Shown in pieces: positions 9,404 to 21,510 of a stretch of 33,675 nt of DNA; position 1 is the stretch's first letter; each line of letters begins with the position of its first letter. The DNA is from Gonapodya sp. JEL0774 (Eukaryota), in assembly GCA_027604505.1 (NCBI GenBank), contig JADIIX010000088.1, positions 62,001 to 95,675 of the forward strand, given 5' to 3'. Under the pieces are notes generated by a model. That model ran no database searches. It had not been told where the DNA came from and saw nothing but the letters and a program-made list of their open reading frames with translations. The position numbers and the translations under genes were made by a program.

Positions 9404-10840
9404 ATGAGAGCAACAAAAATGTCCAGTATGGACCAAGTGAGCAGAAGCGCTCATGGTACTGAGAAAGCTTCTCAAGCACGCGAATCTGCCAAAGCTGATG
9501 ATGGTGTTAGGCATGTAAACAAAAGCGCCTCTGAAGATGATAATGAAAATGTGAAAGGTCAGTTTGTCTGTCAATGGACTATGAGTGCTACCAGCTCATC
9601 TGCACCAGTTGGTGTAGCGCGTATTACTGCATTGGAAGGCAAGAATCAGAGTCAAAAAGATACAATAAAGGCAATGCAGATTGCCATTGCTGATTTACAG
9701 CATCAACTTGGGTTTGGTTACGGTGGTGTTGCCTTCAAATGCTATGCACGACGAGCGAAACCAAAACAACCAGGCAATAAGCCAAGTGAATAATGGTGCT
9801 GCAGTGACAGTAGCAGATGGCCCACCCCCTGCAGTTCAGATGCAAGCGGCACAAGCTGTCGATCACCCACGTGCTCTGTTTCCGAGGTTGCAAATGTCGC
9901 CAGTAGCAACTGTGTGGTTGGAGAGCGGCTATGCGTTACCTCTTATTGGCACACTGCGTGATGCCAGTTGGCCTGAGAATGATGGTCTTGACAATGGCCT
10001 TGAAAGCAGGACTAATGACAGTCTTGAACGCTTCAGCAAAGATTTTAATGCGAAGCCATAGGAGACAGGATCTAACTACTTTGATTGGATGCAGAACTTT
10101 GTTGTAGCAGAGTGGCAAGATCAACACTGCACTTGTCAAAAACACAGTCTTACCGCTATTCCCAACACAGATTCAGACGGCTTTACAAGGTCATCAGCCT
10201 GCACCGCTGGGACCATACGCCATTACTGGCTTCCATAATTGGCTGATTCGGAATCTCTGAGACTTATTTGCTTTTGTAGCGAGCTTGATTGTCAGCAAGA
10301 GAATAGCTGAAAATGCTCTCAGCTTGTTTCGTGATAAGAAATGGCACTACGTCATCAAACCCATAATGGCTCTGCAATGTCTGCAACCATCAATGATATT
10401 ATCAGTACACTGCATAACAACCTTGTTTGTGTCGAGGCGTATGCTCGACGTAAATCGAAGACTCAAGACAAGTGTGCTGCGCAAAAAGCACAACGTGAGG
10501 GATTGCTTCATGTGATTGAAAACACAAACGCGACTCAGCTTGCTGGTGTCTCCAGTGAAGAGAATGCTTTGTCGGCAAGAGCTCGTGTAATGGACATGAA
10601 ACCATTGAATGATACACCGCGCCCCTTGTTACCTGCAAGTGTGACTGTTGTTGATGGGGTGGTGATCACTCCATCACTGCGAGCTCTGGTGACGTGACAA
10701 CCACCTGCACTCAATGACATGCAGAATGGCAACAGTGGCCACAGTGACAACCAAGGTGACGATCACCCTGGTGGTGGACCAATGTGGGGTTGTGGAGGCT
10801 ATCATGCTCAAGGTGGTTTCTCTGGTGGACTAACGACTTA
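9404..10840 (+). pseudogene. Degenerate gag-like region
   Basis: Broken ORFs (9404-9793, 9681-10061, 10341-10697) between the PBS and protease. Assignment is positional only. Confidence 0.5.
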
Positions 10841-11669
10841 GATTGTCAGCTGCCTGTCTAATGCTGTGGTGTTTGCTTGTGTGGTATCATCAACCGTGCA
10901 AGAGCGCGCTGGCATGAAACTAGATTGTCGGCCAAAAAGCTAGGAGCTTGTTAGTTGATTGGCTCATGTGGACCTTGTCAGTAATGACAATGAAGGCCAT
11001 CATTGCCTTGTTGTTTTTCTGTTTGGTTGACGTTTGTTTCTGTGTTGACTCAAGAGCATACATATTCCACTTCTCTTGGCCATTGCCAGGTATGGAGTCG
11101 TACCCGTCAGCAGGAACAGTTCCCTCCCGGATGTTCAGAGCGCATCCAACGTTAGTTTGACTGACATAAGTGAAACAATGATCGGAAGTCAACCGCTTCC
11201 AGGCCATGGGCAAAGTTCTCATACGACCTATGTGTGAACCCTGAATTGCCCTGCAATGATAACACAGCTGGGTTGAATGCTTTGAATGGTCACTCCTCTG
11301 ACCGAGTGGTCTGTGACTATTGGGAGCTCAAGTCTGACCGCTTGTTGGCAAATGGCAAGCTTACTAAAGCAATATGCAACCTTTTGTTAAACAGATTTGT
11401 GACTTTGCCCACCAACTTGGTCCCACAACTGGTGCAAATTCTGTATTGATTCCAAATGATAAGATACGTGGTACTATGATTGTACTTGACAACAATCAAT
11501 GTCAGATTGCTGAATTGCAACTGAATTTGGAACCCGCAGTAACACATGGCAATACTGCCGCTGTTCAGAGTCACCAAAGAGATCTTGTGAATGAGACGCC
11601 TGATGGTCATCTCTTGAATATTGAGCAACTGAATAGTGAACCACCTGCTGAGAATTTACGATATCACAC

Positions 11670-14180
11670 AGCTGATGTAATGACTGTGGTTGGTGATGTA
11701 CCTGCGAGAGGAATGCTCGATTGGGGGTGCAACTTTGATGTGATATCAAAAACGTTTTAGCAACAGCACTTTCTGAATAGTCGCAAGTATCCTCGTAGAT
11801 CTGAGGTCTGTGAATTTTCTGTCCAGTGACAAACTGGTACAACGTCGTACTCAGTTGGAAGAATACATGTCCCCGTGCAAGTTGAGAATGTTGACAACTG
11901 TATTCGTGGCTTCATATTATTCCAGGATCACAACAAGATGTAATACTTGGTACACGCTATCACAAGAACTCTGGCGCTTTGATAGATTGGCGAGCCGCAA
12001 TGCTCCAGTTCCCATTGACACAGAACGCTTCTGTCAAAACATCGGGTTACTCAGACCCTGTAAAGTCGAATGTTGAATCACACAAAGTGATTCTTGACGC
12101 AAGCAATGCCGTTCTTGCATTGATGGAAGACATAACTGTGCCGAGAGAATCATCTGTGGGAGTAACAGTTATTGCTCTGCGCGCACCGTTGTTCTCAGGT
12201 GAAGATATCACAGGCAGAGACGCTCTCATCCGGAATAGTCCATTATATGTGGCATGTGATGGTCTTATGGTTCTGCATGGTGGGCAAATGTTTGAGTCCA
12301 ACAGTGAAGCTTGGATAAGTCTGACAAATTGGACAACAGAAGACTTGTTTGTCTCCAAAGGTGCACGCATAGCGCACTTTGAGTTGATCAATGGAAAAGA
12401 CTTTCATTTCATATCAACAAATGAGGATCAGCAGCCATGTGATCCTTCTCCACGTTTCTCATGTGATAGGAAGATACTTGAGCCAAAAACAAATTTGGTT
12501 CCTACAATTGATATTGATGACCTTGGTATCCCTGGTCTTGATTTGTCCAAAACAGTTCTTAACGATAGAGAACTCGGCCGTTTGAAAAAATTGCTACGTT
12601 GCAATTGAGATGCTTTTAGTGTAGGTGACAAGCTGGGTTATATTTCTAGTGTTAAGCATCATATCCCTATGGGTGATGCTCTACCAATAAAAGCACTGCT
12701 GTATCGCTCTAGTCCAGGGGATTGGGCTAAGATTAACAAAGCATCTGATAAAATGTTGCTCGGTGGTATCTTGGAACATTTAGTCAGTGACTGGTCAGCT
12801 CCAGTTGTGATGGTGCCAAAGAAGGAGGGAAAGCTATGCTTTTGTTTCAACTACTGTAGACTTAATGCCGGCACAAAAAAGGATGTTTATCCTTTGCCGC
12901 ACATTGATGATATGCTTGAGGCAGTGCAAGGTGCCGGTTACATCTCTGCGCTTGATATAGCGAGGGGTTATTGGAATGTAGAAATTGCTGAGGAAGATCG
13001 TCCAAAGACTGTGTTTCATACGCATTGTGGTTTAACGCAATTTTGACAAATGCACCTGCAAAGTTTCAACGTTTAATGGATGCAGTGTTACGTGGCATAT
13101 CTTGGGAGTTCACTCTCGTGTATCTTGATGATATTTTGATATTCTCAAAAACATTGGATGATCATCTGAAACACATCGAGGAAGTGTTCCGACGTTTGCA
13201 AGAGGCAAACTTGAAGATCAAAGCTGCAAAATGCTCCTTTTGCCAAGCTGAGACATCATATCTTGGTCATGTCATCACAATTTGGGGTTGTAAATATTTC
13301 AGACATTTTCTTGTTGGTGTGCCACTTGAGCTTCAAACTGATTACGAGTTGCTCAAAATGTTGAAAGATGCAAAGAGCACTGGCAAGATTGCCAGATGGG
13401 CTATCCAATTGACAAAATTTGATTTCATTCCTGTCTACAAACCTGGCAAATGTCGTGTCCATGTTGATGCGCTATCACAAATTGAAATCCTGGTGAAGAC
13501 ATGGAAGTTGATGATACAATTCCTACATATGGTGATGATAAACCAACTGCTACTGTTGCACCTGTTGAACGGCAACAACAATTGATGAATTGCTTCATGT
13601 TTCAGCCAAGCTTAGTTGTGCCGTTTGAAACTATGAATGAAGCAAACCAAATGTTGATGGGTGTGATTGAGACCTGTGCTAGATCTAACACAAAGACTAG
13701 CACTGCTGCTACATCTAATGACATGAATGCTGAAGCCTCTACTTATCTGACTGAGAATGTTACAAAAACATTTGATCGCATATCATTCGACGATGAAGAA
13801 TACTGTGCTTCAATGATTGCAGATCAACTGAACGATCTGCAATTGTCAAAGATTACTGAGGTCCTGATGAACAGGATCCCTGATGGTAAATCAGATGAAA
13901 GAGCTTACGTTGCTGCTTGTGATGCTGCCTCTGAGATGGCTTTGATTAATGGTTTACCAATGCGTGTTGAAATGAAAAATGTGCCAACGACAGGCCCCAA
14001 TGCTCAACCTGACAGAGAAGCTCCAGCACAAGTTGCTGTACCCCTGCTCCTGTTGTGAAGCAATACTACAATCATGTCATGAGGATTGTATGGCAGGGCA
14101 TCAGGCTGTGAATGCTAAGTTGCAATGTTTGTTTGGACGTTACTATTGGCAGGGAATGAGCCGTGACGTCCTGTCGTATG
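11670..14180 (+). pseudogene. Degenerate pol: aspartic protease, dUTPase-like segment, RT, partial RNase H, N-terminal integrase Zn finger
   Basis: Protease ARGMLDWGCNFDVIS...ILG...IDW. RT WSAPVVMVPKKEGKLCFC.NYC.LN, YPLPHIDD, LDIARGYW, VYLDDILIFS. RNase H IWGCKYFRHFLVG...LQTDY...ARWAIQL...HVDALS. Integrase CHEDCMAGH...RYYWQGMSRDV. Confidence 0.93.
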
Positions 14181-14960
14181 ACCACTGGGTTGATATGCGG
14201 GACGTAGTATAATGTAGATATATTTTTGTATGACGCGCTCACATAGCGCGGGACGCACAGAATATATAGAATCAGGACCTCGATTCTCGCCCCGTGGCGC
14301 GTCCCACAACATTTGGTGCCCGCCTACTCGGTCGATCCGCCTCAGCTCGCGTCTGGTTGCGTTGCTTTTCGCAGTCATCCCATCCTCCCCATCCGATCGC
14401 CCGATCGGAATCCATCGCGAAACACCATCACCCCGCTTTTCCATCGATTTCCATTGAGAACATGTTGCATTAGTGAAGTGAGGCCAATTCACATGTATTA
14501 TCTGATTTGCTCTTCGTAAACCATTGGACATGCTGAAAATTATGCAAAGAAGGAAAACGAAGGGAGAGGAAAGAAACGACGACTGACAGTGTGAACCATC
14601 AGAGAATAAGCCACCCAAGATCACAATGGCGTTTTCCTTCTGGACCCTCAATATATATTACAAGTTCTTGCTTCTGTAGTGTTCCAACCAAATGGGTCGA
14701 ACTGCCCACCACAGCCAGCGGCAGTGATCATTAAGTCATACACACAGTGGTGCATGCTCGTTTGTGAGGGCCACCCAGGCCACAAGGTTTAGACCAGTTA
14801 GTTGCAACAGGTGAATGATTTGCAGCGAATGAGTATGTTACATAGATGACGCTATAACGTAAGTTCTGTACGGGGTATTTGGTGGACAATCCCACGACTA
14901 CGAGCCCACCCCGACAACGTTGCACCTTAAATTATCAGTCAAAACTGCCCGAAACGTCCG

Positions 14961-17900
14961 ATGCCCTCCCCTCACGCTCCTCCACGACCAACAGCTCGTC
15001 CTAATCGTCCTGCCCCGGCTCCCCCTGTCGGGGTTACCAGCCGGCAACGAGGCCGCGGAACTATCGAATTTGACATACCAGAACCCGCGAGATCCAGCAG
15101 CTCCCCTCATCCTAAATTGGCTGAGAAGCCCAATTTCGGGCCTTTATCAAGCTCAGAAGTTGTGTCCAAGAATCCAGATTCAAACCGATCAACGAAAACG
15201 AAAACAGAAGCATCACCAATTGGCGCTACGACGATGCCCTCTCTACCTCTGGCCTCTAAATCGCCTCGCCTCTCGGAGCAATCAACCTTCGTTCACTCGC
15301 CGTCTGACTCGACATGTCCTTCTGGCACAACCGTGCTTGGTCACACCGCTGCAAGATCTCCTCCAGGTTTCATCTCTGATAGCATAGACTATCAAGGGGA
15401 CGGTCGGATACTTAGAGAGCAATCCGCGAGGGAACCGATGGCTAGTGCGTTCTCCACAATAATGAAGGAGGAACAGTTGCAGCACACAAAACGGCGTCCT
15501 CCACCACCCTCACCACCCGCAAAGCCTTTAACCCTGCATTCATCGTCCAATTCTACCGAAAGAATTTCAAGGACAGATCAGTCCATCTCGCCGGTTGGTG
15601 TCACACTTTCACGGTCTCAACCTTCCACGGTTCCATCTTTGGATAGTGACACCCCGCGAGTAGAAATGAAGGGCGAGTCGTCAACCGAACGATGTCTATT
15701 AACCGACGAACCACGGCTTGGAACATCTCTTGAAATCAAAACTGGTTCATCCGTGACCGCAAGTGTTTCTGTCCGCACCCGCGTAGCTCAAATTGAAGCA
15801 CGAATTCGAGAAATCCGCCAGCAAGCTGAAACAGAACGCGTGCGAGCTGTGCGAGAGGCAGGAGAAAAGGTGGCAAGGATTCGGAGATGGCTGGAAGAAC
15901 GGGCGAAAGACGGTCAAGTTCGATGTACGCAAACCTATGTGTTGGACCGTGAGTATCCCAGGTAGAATCTGAATCTTCACCGGCTACTTGATTTCAAGTC
16001 TCTTCTCTCTCGTGACAAGCGAAACGCTCCTACGCAGAAGGTGGTCCTCTTGCCACCGTCCAAAGTGCATCATTACGCATAGGTACCAAACAGCGATTTG
16101 CTCTTTATCCCTTGACAGCGGAGGGCATACCGATGGCGCGGAGTCAAGCTGATGATATTGCTGCAGGGCTCAAAGTGTGGATACAGGACAATGGGTCGGG
16201 TGCTATTGTTGCCCGTTGGCAAGGAGCGGAAACTACCAACATAACGAGCACCATAAAAGACAAATCTCAGAAGACCAGCAACCATGGCCAGTCTGTGCAA
16301 GGCTCCTTTGTCATTTCTTCGGTGGCGGGTTCCAAGGCATCGAATGAAAGCGAGGGAGGAACGGCTTCGCTGACGGTAGTCGAAGCACCATTTGATGGCG
16401 GCTTTCACGTCACCTACAAAGTGGAAACACCTGGAGAGTATACCTTGCACGTCCAATTTGATGGGAATGAGGTGGGTTTTAATGGTACTCTTTCCCGGAC
16501 TGATTCTTGCAACAATGAACACTTTCTCCACCGCAGATGGCTGGGTTCCCGCATCCTATCCATGTGGTGCGATATTCAACTGAGGACGAAGTCCCTACAG
16601 CGGTTGACGAGGTCATTGACGATGCTGCCGAAAGTAGGGATGCAGCTACCATGTCGATTAATAAAGAGTGGACGAAAGGCGATTCCAAGGTGAAGGGCGA
16701 TATTGATGTTTGCTTCTTGGTGAGTACGAGTAAGCGATTGAAGCAAACGTGAGAACGCTTTGCAATCGACGGGTGTATTCTCATAGATTGATGCCACGGA
16801 ATCCATGGAAAAGGTGTTGTCTGATCTCCCTCTGATCTTCAAGAATGGATCCTCTGTGACATGTTTTACCTGACTAACAACAGTACATTGAAGAAGTGAA
16901 AAGGCACCTACAAGCTATGTCAGAACAGCTTACAAAGTGTGCCCGGGAGGTGAGGTCTGCCTGTTTCAACCGGATTCTCGACAATCAATTTTACATTTGG
17001 ATTGTGCAGTGGTACACTGAAGCACGCGTTCGATTTGCAATCGTTTCCTACCGCGATCACGATCAGAACTTGCAATACGATCCAACGGGGATTCCCGATA
17101 AGAACTGCCTCGCTCTACAACCATTCTCGCATGACGTCGACACTGTTCTCGCCCTTCTCTCAAGGCTGCAGGCGAGGGGTGGGGACGATTTTGCAGAGGC
17201 TGTTGAGGATGGGTTGCACATGCTCGCTGACCTCAATTGGAATCCGATTGCAGCGAAGTGGTGGGTGCAAGCCGATGATAAAAATGCCACTTCGAATATC
17301 AGAACACGCACTTCATTTTTTAAATAGCGTGATCTGGGTGGGAGATGCCTGTGCGCATGGTTGGGTGGCCCAGACGAGACCACCGGATGATCCTCTTCAA
17401 TCGCTGAAAGGGATGGATTTCTTTCCCGATGGTTCGCATCGCCATTGTAACTCCAAACATTATGTACTCGCTTAAATCATGTTGCTTCTTACTTAAGGCT
17501 GCCCTTGCGGGGTCAAGTGGGAGATTCCCGTCGAGCGTTGCCGTACAATGGGCGTCGCAATCGAAGCATGTCACATACTCCCTTTGTCTACCAGACTCAC
17601 AGCTCTCCAAAAATCGCTTGTGGACGTCAACCGTGCCTTCTTTCACAATGTCGCAGACCAAACTGGTGGTCTGTACCTACCGTTTAACAACGCCGCCCTT
17701 CTACCCGCGATCACAATGAACCATGCCCTTGCTGTACTTGATATGATGCGTCTCCAGGAGACCGTGGCACTGGTCGCCATTTCGAACCGGGAAGAGCTTG
17801 AGAGCGTCGCCCTGACTCCCCAAGAGCGTTCGAGGAAGGTTCATGTGGCAATTAGGGAGCTCGGTTATAAAATACGCAAGTTTCTGCCACATATTGACTC

Positions 17901-18105
17901 ACTTTCAGGCAAACACCGTGGCAAGTGGCGTCTGTCATTTGAGGATGTGACGGCAGAGGATGTTTACGCTGCAGCAACAGGGATGAGAAGCTTTGTGAGA
18001 ATGAGTGTGAGAAGGTTCTTGTTCCTTGAGAAATCAGATGTTTGGGATGGCGTGGAAGAGCTGGAAAGGCTTTTCATGGCAGCTGTCGATATTCTACTTT
18101 CATGA
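14961..18105 (+). CDS. Multi-exon protein: Pro/Ser-rich N-terminus + coiled coil + filamin-type Ig repeat + von Willebrand A domain
   Basis: Spliced frame gives FDGGFHVTYKVETPGEYTLHVQFDGNE-MAGFPHPIHV (filamin repeat) and DVCFL-IDATESMEK (MIDAS; 27-nt exon 16787-16813), VRFAIVSYRDH, GGDDFAEAVEDGL, VIWVGDACAHG, VADQTGGLY. Canonical GT-AG introns, e.g. 15949-16118. Confidence 0.85.
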
Positions 18106-18207
18106 AACCATCTCATCTCCATGTGTGAATCGAAAACCCTCACGATGTATATATATAGCACACCAAACTGGCCACTATGCACGCCGTTCCTTAATACATG
18201 TACTGCT

Positions 18208-20903
18208 CTACCCCTTTGTAAACTTGGTGCGTGCTAACCAGGACGAAAACATGTCTAAAGAGGCTTCTGGTTGGTCATAGGGGACCTTATTATGCAAGAC
18301 AATCCGATATTAACGACCGTCCAAATGTGACTTCCATTCCAGTAAACGCAATCCTTACCATATGACCAGCGCCATTGACCTTCACAAAAGTGAAAGGTCC
18401 GTAGCTACGGAACTCGCCGGCTTGCAATCCCGATTCCGTGTTCCAGACTTCATCCTTGGCGGCGTTGAATCCGACCTTGCCAGACCAATCCAACTCAAGA
18501 GTCCATGCCTTGTTGCCGAGCCAGCTGTAACACGTGATATGGGTTCGAAATGTCACATAACGGAAGAAGCTGAGGTTCACCCACTTGCAAATGAAGTCGG
18601 CATCGCCTGCGTAGATGAGCACTCTTACGCCAGCTTTATCAAGCATTTCGGGGAGGATTCTCACAAAGGGACGCATCTGTGAAGCAACCACAGATTCCCG
18701 TCAAAAGAGCTCACAAGAGATCTGCAAATTGAACTTACCCAGTCACCCTTCAGTTGGAAGTCAAGATTCACTTGCATGTTGCAGCTTTTAAATTCAATGT
18801 CACCAACTCCGAGGGCGGATCGAACTTCGCCGTTGTTGAGCCAAGCCCTGCAAAATCATAAATCGTGAAGTCGGCGCTTTCGGCAGGGGACAGCCAAAAT
18901 GGACGGAAACTCACTCCTACCAGCACGAGAGCCAAAAAAAAGATGAGTTTATTAAAATTTATCTTCTCTGGAAACAGTTCGATCCACCATCCATCACTCA
19001 CAACATCATTCATAATATCATAACACAATTGGTTGTTATCGGAGCATTTGGTGCGCACATCGTATGGATTGTAGCCCGTGTTTTGATAGGGCGAAATTTC
19101 TGCAGCATTGCAGTAGTACTACAGAAACGGGGAGGTGGGGTGGGGGGGTAAATCTCCCCGTAGTAATCTCCACCACTCCTCGACTCACACTTCCTGGAAC
19201 GCATGTCATCGGACTCGTCCACTTGTAACATCCTGAAATAAGGCGCTGACAGGTGGAAATCTTGCTCTTCATGGCGGCGCAGGTCGATGCATCCGTGATA
19301 ACAGGCTCGTAGCCGGGAGGGTTGCAGGCCATTTCAGCATAGTAACCACTAGAATATTCAAGTTCATTGGAAGGGGGTGAGAAGTGTGGGTTAGAAGTGC
19401 ATTGTCCGAGTCACTTGCGAAGGGTGGAGCGTTCAGGGCATAACTTCAACCCACTACTGCACCAACGGGTCCACCATTCCATTTCCGATGCCCAACGACT
19501 TCAAATTAATCACGGGAAAGCCTTCCGCCTCCGCGTCCTTGTTTCCCTCCACAATGACACCGCCGATCGCGGGGATGTAGTGACCAGCATAACTTTCGCC
19601 AAAAACGTGGAAGTCGAGGGGAGTATACTTCTTGAAAGTAGAGAAAAAAATGAGAAGGAAGGCGTAGACATCTTGAGGTTGTAAGGACAATAAGATTTGG
19701 AACGACCGCGGGTGAGTGGGCAGTTACAACACAAACTTAAATGATGGAAGGGGGATATGGGTGCCCGCAGAGTCGTCTTTCCGTCCCCGCGTCACTTGAG
19801 CCGCCTCCATCTCCAGTTTTTCGACTCACCCTTGGCTGCTGCCTCCGTATCCAATGCTTTATCCTTGCCGTCATCTGAGTAGGAGAATCCGACATTCACG
19901 GGTTGGTCGAGGAAGAGCACGTTGCTGACGGAATTCCACTAGAGTGGCAGATTAGTTTGACGCTACCTTATAGGAAAGGAGAGAGAGTACGCACGGTAAA
20001 GTTGTTGGGCACGACACCTGCGCCCCCTTGGATAGGGCGACTGGCGGGGACCATTACAGTCCCAGAGTCGGTGGGAACGCGCAACGTTGGGCAATCACTC
20101 GAGCATGAGATATTTCATCAAAATCGGGTCCTGTGGGGTTCAATAACGCACCAAGGCCCAAGTTCCATGAGTAGACCGGTCATTGAGGAGCATCCCGGCC
20201 CGCCATTAAGCCTGTGTGGTGGGCGGAGATTGTGAGAAGGATACTTAGGGTGGCAGAGAGGGAGGAGAAAGTGAAGCCGTACCAAAGAGTGACGGGATCG
20301 GACTTCGGGTGGCGACGAGATTCAAAGAACCTGGGGAGGAGACGTTAGCTAGTATCTGAATCGAACAGGGTGAAGTAAATTCAATGTGTCAAACATGTCA
20401 ACACACCAGAAGAAAAAGTGTTCATCCTTGCCGACATCGAGGTACCCGACATGTTGTTGGACTGACATTATGGGACGAACCCACCGGGCAGAAACGGACA
20501 GATCGAAAAGATGGGTGCGTCAAAACCGACAGTCAAAAATAGCTCCCACCAAGAAGGAAAAGAGTCGAAATTCCTCAAATTCCTCAAATGGAATAAGGTT
20601 GTAGGCGTAATTTCGCGGCATTCGCTTTCTCAATGGGATGTTTCCGTGCTCCTACTACAGCGAGCTTCTGGATTCACCAGCTCCGTTCGGACGCTCACCT
20701 TCCAAGTCACATAGACCAGTGACAGGTTTCACCCGGACCTTGTATCCAGGGAGATTAGGATGAGTAAGAGTTGTAAAGGAAGAGGGTGACGCCAAGACGT
20801 CATCGGCCGCTGCAATTGCAATCTGTTCGCGGGGAACGGACAAAGCAGAGATGGTAGACGCGAGCGCTAGCGACGACGCTGCTAACAGGTTGAGAATACG
20901 CAT
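18208..20903 (-). CDS. PRC1: Serine carboxypeptidase, family S10 (carboxypeptidase Y-like), multi-exon
   Basis: Signal peptide [39 protein letters not shown]; catalytic [42 protein letters not shown]; stop TAG at 18210-18208. Confidence 0.95.
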
Positions 20904-21510
20904 AACTGGTGTTGTACTTTATCTGGTTGCGTGATCAAGGCACCGTCCTTAGCGCGGATTCGGCGGGCCTCACTTTTGACACCACAAACTCAAAGCAAAA
21001 ACACCTTCGACTCGCGATCAACATGGAGGCTTTCTCTTGCTTTACCTGATTTTTGCACCCACCCCGTTTTCTGTCATGACCGGAGGTGGAGCGACACTAC
21101 TAGCCCGGCGTATACGTATTCCCCCCTTAGTAGCGTCGGATTGCTGGTTGCCGCCTCATGAAGCACCGAACTTCTCAACTGGGCCTGCTGGCTGGACTGC
21201 TGTAGGTCTTATCCCAGACCAGGAAATGTCAAGAGAATAATTCATAATTTCGCAACGGAAGTCTGATTTTTTCGTTTGTTATTAAACCGATCTCTCTATC
21301 TCTGAAAACTTAGTTCTGGATTGGATGGGACCTTTCCTGCAAACTGAATTTTAGTTGTGAGGTTTGACGGAGTACCGACATACATAGAAGCCACCAAGGA
21401 TTGTATTGGCCATACCTGCGAAAAAGGACTCACCTCCCCCTTCACAAGTCAGCGAGCGCATCCCATTGGTGCAGATTGCTAGCAGAATCTTCGACGCGAG
21501 CGGGAGCAGC

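Larger units (their letters stand above)
8914..14180 (+). mobile_element. Decayed, 3'-truncated Ty3/Gypsy LTR retrotransposon (5' start uncertain)
   Basis: Putative LTR end ...CTCTCTACA (9096) followed by a PBS. Domain order gag-like, protease, RT, RNase H, integrase Zn finger. Many stops and frameshifts. No 3' LTR or integrase core seen. Confidence 0.93.

Noticed and set aside
14180..14960. 3' LTR, Helitron 3' end, or ORF 14115-14651
   Set aside because: No similarity to 8914-9096, the hairpin is not followed by CTRR, and the ORF has no coding features.
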